Origin: Hydrolagus affinis
Lineage: Eukaryota
Assembly (NCBI GenBank): GCA_012026655.1
Contig: JAAILG010000472.1
Span: 1-64,000 of the forward strand
DNA: 64,000 bases
Direction of reading: 5' to 3'
Part shown: piece after piece, positions 58,963 to 64,000 of the stretch
How the letters are laid out: the number at the start of each line of letters is the position of its first letter
Position numbering within the stretch: the stretch's first letter is position 1
The notes under the pieces: model-generated
What the model was told of the DNA's origin: nothing
Seen by the model: the letters and a program-made list of their open reading frames with translations, nothing else
Database searches by the model: none
Translations under genes and position numbers: made by a program

Positions 58963-61514
58963 TGAAGCTCAAACCCAGTTTACACTTTACAGTGTGAACT
59001 GGCTGATAGCATGCTGGTGAAATAGGTCACTTCAGAGGTTGAATTGAGACGCATTGCTTTGGGCAGAGAACTTGTTGCTCTGCCTTTAGTCATGGCAAAC
59101 CTTGTCTGGAAATTCTGGATACTGAAACTTGCTGTCCGCTGTGAGGAATTTGCTTCTTTTCCAGCCCTGTTATTTTTAAGGTCCAACGTGAATGGCAAAT
59201 AGTGTACACCGAGTTAAGTAGATATCGAAAAAGACCCACATTTTAGTGCAGAAGTCAATCTATTATATTTCACTTGCTCAAACCTTTAATCGCAATTGTA
59301 ATCCGTGAGCAGGATCCTGATAAACAACTTGCATTTATACAGTGCTCTCTCTTCATACAGGGGTAGCGTCTCGGAGCGCTTATAAAATAACTTGCTGAGA
59401 GATTAATCCATTGTGTTCCGGGATGCTACTTCATGTGAGTGGCACTATATAAAAAAAACAGGGCAGACAGACTTTTGTTGTGGTTGTTGTTATACACAGT
59501 CATCCAGTATTTTCAAGTGCATCAATTGTGTTGATTTAACTGTATGTCTGATCTGTTTGCAAGTGGTGTTTTTCGGGTCCCTATTAAGTTGCTTGATGGA
59601 AGTGACCCGTTCAAACTGGTAGAAGCTCATTGTGCACATTACCTTGAAAGTGTTGACGTTCACTCCAGACTACATTGTAAATATTTTGCTGCACATTCAG
59701 GCACAGTAAAATCTTGTTGGGCAAAAGTTGACGGACAGATTCTATGGATAGCAGATATAAACTGTGTTCTATGGTCAGCATTTTGGCTTCACAGATAACG
59801 ATTTGGGGAACAACATATTTGATGGAAAGTGCATTTCTTGAATCTGAAGTCTTTCAATCCCTCAAGGTTAAACAACTTGTATTTTTTTAGCGTACACCGT
59901 GTAGCCCTCCACGGCTTGCACCTCCATACCTTTGTGACTTTCTAACTCCATATTGATCTGTCAGTTCCTCCACTGGGTGGGCTCTGGCCTACTCCATTCC
60001 ACCATTCGCTATCAGGCCTTCAGCCTCGGTCCCTTTGCCTCGCTCCCTCCTTTGCCTCCTTCATGGCCTCATGTTCCCACCTCGGGTCCTAATCCCTGAT
60101 TAATCCTAATCCAGCGATTTAGGATGCCCTTTGACGTGATAGCTAGGCAATACACAAACGTAATTTATTGTTGTTGTGGAATAAAACCTCGGAGCACTTT
60201 ACAGAAATGCTTCTGGACACCAAGCCAGAGTGGGGTGGGGATGGGAGGTGGAGGAGGTTGGATAACTTGCAGGAAGCAGGGAAAGTGGGAGAGTGTAGTG
60301 GCTAAAAGCTCGATCTCTAAAGATGCTACTGAGCGTGACCGTGGTAGAAATAATGGAAGAGTCCATACCTTTATAACCCATTTCAATATGGCATTATGAC
60401 CTATGCGACTTAGGAAATACTGTGCACATCATGTGAATATTGTACACATCTGTGAATATGAAATGACTCAATACTTGCACCTAGCGGAATACATCATTTC
60501 AATTAACAGTCTACCGAGCCAAAGATGCCGAGATCTGAATACATTTTTTTTCTTTCCTTCCCAGAAGCTACCTCACAGCCTCTAAAAACTTCTGTATGGT
60601 ACATCTGTGTTGGTTCAATTTAAATGTTCCGGAAATGTCTGCCCTGCTTTTTTTTTGATGACTAATGTGGCTAACTGAAAAGTCATTTTTCCATTTTTTT
60701 TATCAATGATTTCCTCTCAGACACTGAACTCCTTTCAACAAACGGTCATTCTGGGAGCAGTCCACATGTGCCCCGTCTTCAAATGTTTGTCAAAAGGCAG
60801 CCTCAATGCCTGACATCTGGAACAAAATGGCGATTTTTGTAGAACACATCGCTCACGTCTCGGTTGTAAAATTCTATTTTTAAAACTAATGCAGCAATGG
60901 TTCCACTATTTGTCCGAAATATTATGTTGTTCTTGAGCCAACTTCTTGTGTGAGAAGGTACGGAACAGAACCAGGAAAGGCCAGTTAGCCCATCCAACTC
61001 GCTCCTTCCCCCGGAGCACTTATGAACAATTTCTCTGTGACCTTGAAACATACGTGAACAAACTCCAGAACATCTGCTGGTCTTCCAATTGATGTTTTTG
61101 AGCTCTGGCTGATATCAGTCCAGAGCTATTCACCATGTTGTCTCAGCAATACAGAGACTGGTGTGTTCTTGTGGAGTTTAGGGGAGTATTTCATTGCACA
61201 AAGGCTAATAGACAATGAGAAGAGGATTACCTGGAAAGGTGGGTTGAGGTCAGCACACAAGACTCATTCAAGAAACTTGGCTTGATGCTGTGATAATGGA
61301 TGGCAGAGTAGGTGTTCTGGAAGGGTATGATCATGGCATGGGCCGATGGATCTTCTTCATCCCAACCTCTCCTGCCATCCCTGTCTTTATCTAAGGATGA
61401 TGTGACTGAACAGTATATTTATCAACCTTTTTCCTTAAAAAGCAATCGATCAACTTTATGTTTCAGTAGCCAATTTCCAACCGTTTTCATTTTCTTTGCC
61501 TGATCGCCTTGTGT

Positions 61515-61890
61515 GTTCAACCCACATTTTTGGTCTTGGAACTCACAGTCTAGGCTGACAGTCCAATGCAATGCTGAGAGAGAGTTGCCTTGTCAGAGGT
61601 GCCGTCTTTCAGATGAGATGTTAAACTGAGGCCCACAACTGCTTGTTCATATGAACGATAAAGATTTCCTGGCATTACCTGAAAAGAGAAGGGAATTTGT
61701 CCAAGAATCCCCCCAAAACAATTGATCATGCACTTCATGGCTGTTTGTGGGACATTGCTCTGCACAAATTGGCTGCCACATTCGCCAAAAGTACACAGCC
61801 AGTACACCTCACAGTTGTGATGGGCTTTGAGATGTCTTAACAAGGTGATAGGACCAATACCAAATGCAAGGAATATTACATGATTATTAC
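61515..61890 (+). mobile_element. DeuSINE, near full length
   Basis: GAGGTGCCGTCTTTCAGATGAGATGTTAAACTGAGGCCC...CTGTTTGTGGGACATTGC...ATGCAAGG. Confidence 0.8.
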
Positions 61891-62652
61891 AAAATGTGTT
61901 CACTAGCAATGTGGTTGTTGAAGGAAGATGAAACCAAACAAATCGCTTGATACACTGTACATATTTTGGTCTTCAGTTGTTTCGAAATGTTATTCCACAG
62001 CAAACTGCAAGCACTGAACTTCCTGTCTTAATTTGTCTCCATGTCCGTCATCAATCGAAGCACATTAACTAAAGATTTATTCCATGTTCCTTTACGGAAT
62101 TACTCACAGTAATCACTATCTAGGCTTTTGCTTTCCAGCTGATAACAGTGCTTAATTTTACCACAAGAACTCAACACACCCGAAGTGTAATTACTGCAAT
62201 TAATTAGTTCAAGGAACACAGGCCATTTTTTGAGGATGAGTGTGTGGGTGGTTATTGAGGGCGGGGACGCTGTGCGTGCATATATCAAAAAAAAATTGAT
62301 GATTACTTGGATTCAAAACAATAAAAGGGTTTTGGGAGAGAGTGAGGCATTGGGATTGGAGTTGCTATTGGAAATGCACCAGAACAGTCTCAGTGGGCTA
62401 AATGGCTTCTTTCTTGGGCGCATCATCTCAGGGCCTCTGTTTCACTGCCTTCGAGATAGTAATAATCCTTGCATTGCATTTAGAGCTTTATCTTCAAGAA
62501 TTTATGCACAGCAAAGTTGCAGAAACAGGCATGGGGTGAATGACCAATTTTATCCAGGCATTTGTTGGCCAAGTCACTGAGAGAGACTATTCTCATTTTC
62601 AATGTAGCAACCTTTTCACATGGTTTTTACGGCTGTTTGTCTTGGGCATTGT

Positions 62653-62974
62653 GGAGCTCCTGTAGCTCAGTGGTTAGAGCACTCGCCTTACAAGCTGTGT
62701 TCGAATCCAGGTAGATCAGGGCGAAACCTTGGGCAAGTTTCCTTACTCCATACGCCTAATAAGAATCCCTCCCAAAAAAACACAATAATAAAAATTGGTC
62801 ATTTTCAATCCACGACTGTTAATGGGACACTGCTGTGCACAATTGCCTGCCGCGTTTCGCCAACAAATATACAGTCAATTCACTTAGCAGTATATTCTGT
62901 GAAACGCTTTGATACGTTGATAGGATGTAAAAAGCGCGAAATCAAATGCAAGGATTATTATTATAATTATTATT
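62653..62974 (+). mobile_element. tRNA-derived SINE, short form, full length
   Basis: GGAGCTCCTGTAGCTCAGTGGTTAGAGCACTCGCCTTACAAGC...GCAAGGATTATTATTA. Confidence 0.92.
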
Positions 62975-62979
62975 GACTC

Positions 62980-63260
62980 TCCTGTCATCCTCAGTCATTG
63001 TTCAGCTGTCCACCTCGTTGTGGATTTGTGCTGCCTGCAAGCTTGAGTATGGCTTTCGCTATCCAGTGGAAATCCTGATCATCAGCAAAACCATCGTTGC
63101 GGTGGTGGTGGACTGTCTGCCCATGAGTCACCGATGATTTTCCATAAAGGAGTTGAATTCCTAGCCCAGGGTTTCCATGCCATCCATACAAATGGCTCCA
63201 GTTCAGCCTCAGAGATTTGTCATCTTGGATGTTTGCTTCAGATGCATCCTCTGAACACCA
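62980..63260 (-). mobile_element. Possible decayed RTE-clade LINE fragment
   Basis: Minus ORF SEANI...LRLNW...QLLYG loosely resembles RTE SQANI...QLRW.GH...QLLYG. Confidence 0.3.
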
Positions 63261-63309
63261 TACGCTGGTGGAAATAGACAATGCAGTTGAGCAGAGATAT
63301 ATTCCTCTG

Positions 63310-63430
63310 GATATATACTTGAACATTTGCAAGGCTATGGGGAAAGAGAGGGACTAACTGGATGTCTCTTTCAAAAAGCCAGCATAGGCATGATGGGTCG
63401 AATGGCCTCCTTCTGTGCTGTAAGATTCTA
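63310..63430 (+). mobile_element. CR1 3' end
   Basis: TTGCAAGGCTATGGGGAAAGAG...GAATGGCCTCCTTCTGTGCTGTAAGATTCTA. Confidence 0.8.
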
Positions 63431-63727
63431 GGATAACAATGGATAATCTCACTGTTGTAGGTGCCAAATTTTCGGTGGGTTGTGAAGTCCGGTCGGTCTG
63501 CCTGTTTTCTCGTTTGGCGTGCAGGATCTTGTTGTCATTCAACCTCACGACTAATTGTTAACACGCAAATAGCTAGCTGCTACATTTGCCTTCAAAGTCA
63601 GTCATTACAGTAATCACCCTGAAGCCCTTTCAGACATTTTCAATGCAACAACTAAGGTACTATAAAAAGCAGGTTCTTTCTAAAATTGGACCGTAATATA
63701 TAATGAAATCATTGGTTATGCATGAGA

Positions 63728-64000
63728 ATAATAATTTTTGATTTCCAAATGGTGCCTTATCATGTCATCAAGCTGTCTCACTGTCTCCAGGTGCTTCACA
63801 GAAGTCACTGTAAAGTCTCCAGATTGTATTTTGTAAGCAAATGCAGCAGCCAATTTGCACATAGCAATGCACACGTCAATGTGCATGACAGTCACGATGC
63901 GAATGACCAATTTTATCGAGGGAATTGTTGGCCATGAGGCTGGGAGAAACTCCCTACTCGGTGTCATTGGATCTGTATCGTCCACCTGAACAGGCAGACA
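63728..64000 (-). mobile_element. DeuSINE, runs off the window end
   Basis: GCAGCCAATTTGCACATAGCAATG; GGGAGAAACTCCCTACTC; GTCCACCTGAACAG. Confidence 0.75.

Noticed and set aside
1305-62976. Recurrent peptide family (...HFTVYSVKRFETSRR...KCKDYYY) in ORFs such as 1305-1721, 22485-22946, 25111-25419 and 62620-62976
   Set aside because: Chance reading frame of the SINE consensus, not a gene family

Overview
Vertebrate non-coding DNA, most likely from a cartilaginous fish (shark or chimaera). This is inferred only from the repeat families: CR1 and L2 LINE 3' ends, SacSINE1/Deu-domain-like SINEs, and an abundant younger tRNA-derived SINE ending in GCAAGGATTATTATT. No host protein-coding exon could be identified; every ORF with a recognisable motif is a retroelement remnant or a translated SINE/microsatellite. 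A CpG-rich first ~1.3 kb, a donor-like GG|GTAAGG at 16 and an apparent T>A, G>C skew on + suggest the 5' part of a very long + strand intron of an unidentified gene. Main second-look items: (1) three polypyrimidine-YAG|GT sites about 18-20 kb apart that resemble recursive splice sites; (2) an apparent excess of TACAGTA/TACTGTA Tc1/mariner-type excision footprints, including a minisatellite built from one; (3) repeated antisense insertions into the SINE 3' stem-loop; (4) a modular tRNA/CORE-like/Deu/L2-tail SINE with long and short forms; (5) a 321-bp fold-back inverted duplication, a perfect 19-bp hairpin and a 289-bp tandem duplication; (6) a probable decayed Tx1/L1 copy with a possible 5' inversion; (7) CpG-rich enhancer-like islands with HRE, E-box and ETS/AP-1 motifs. 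Family assignments come from recalled motifs, not database searches, and repeat boundaries are approximate.
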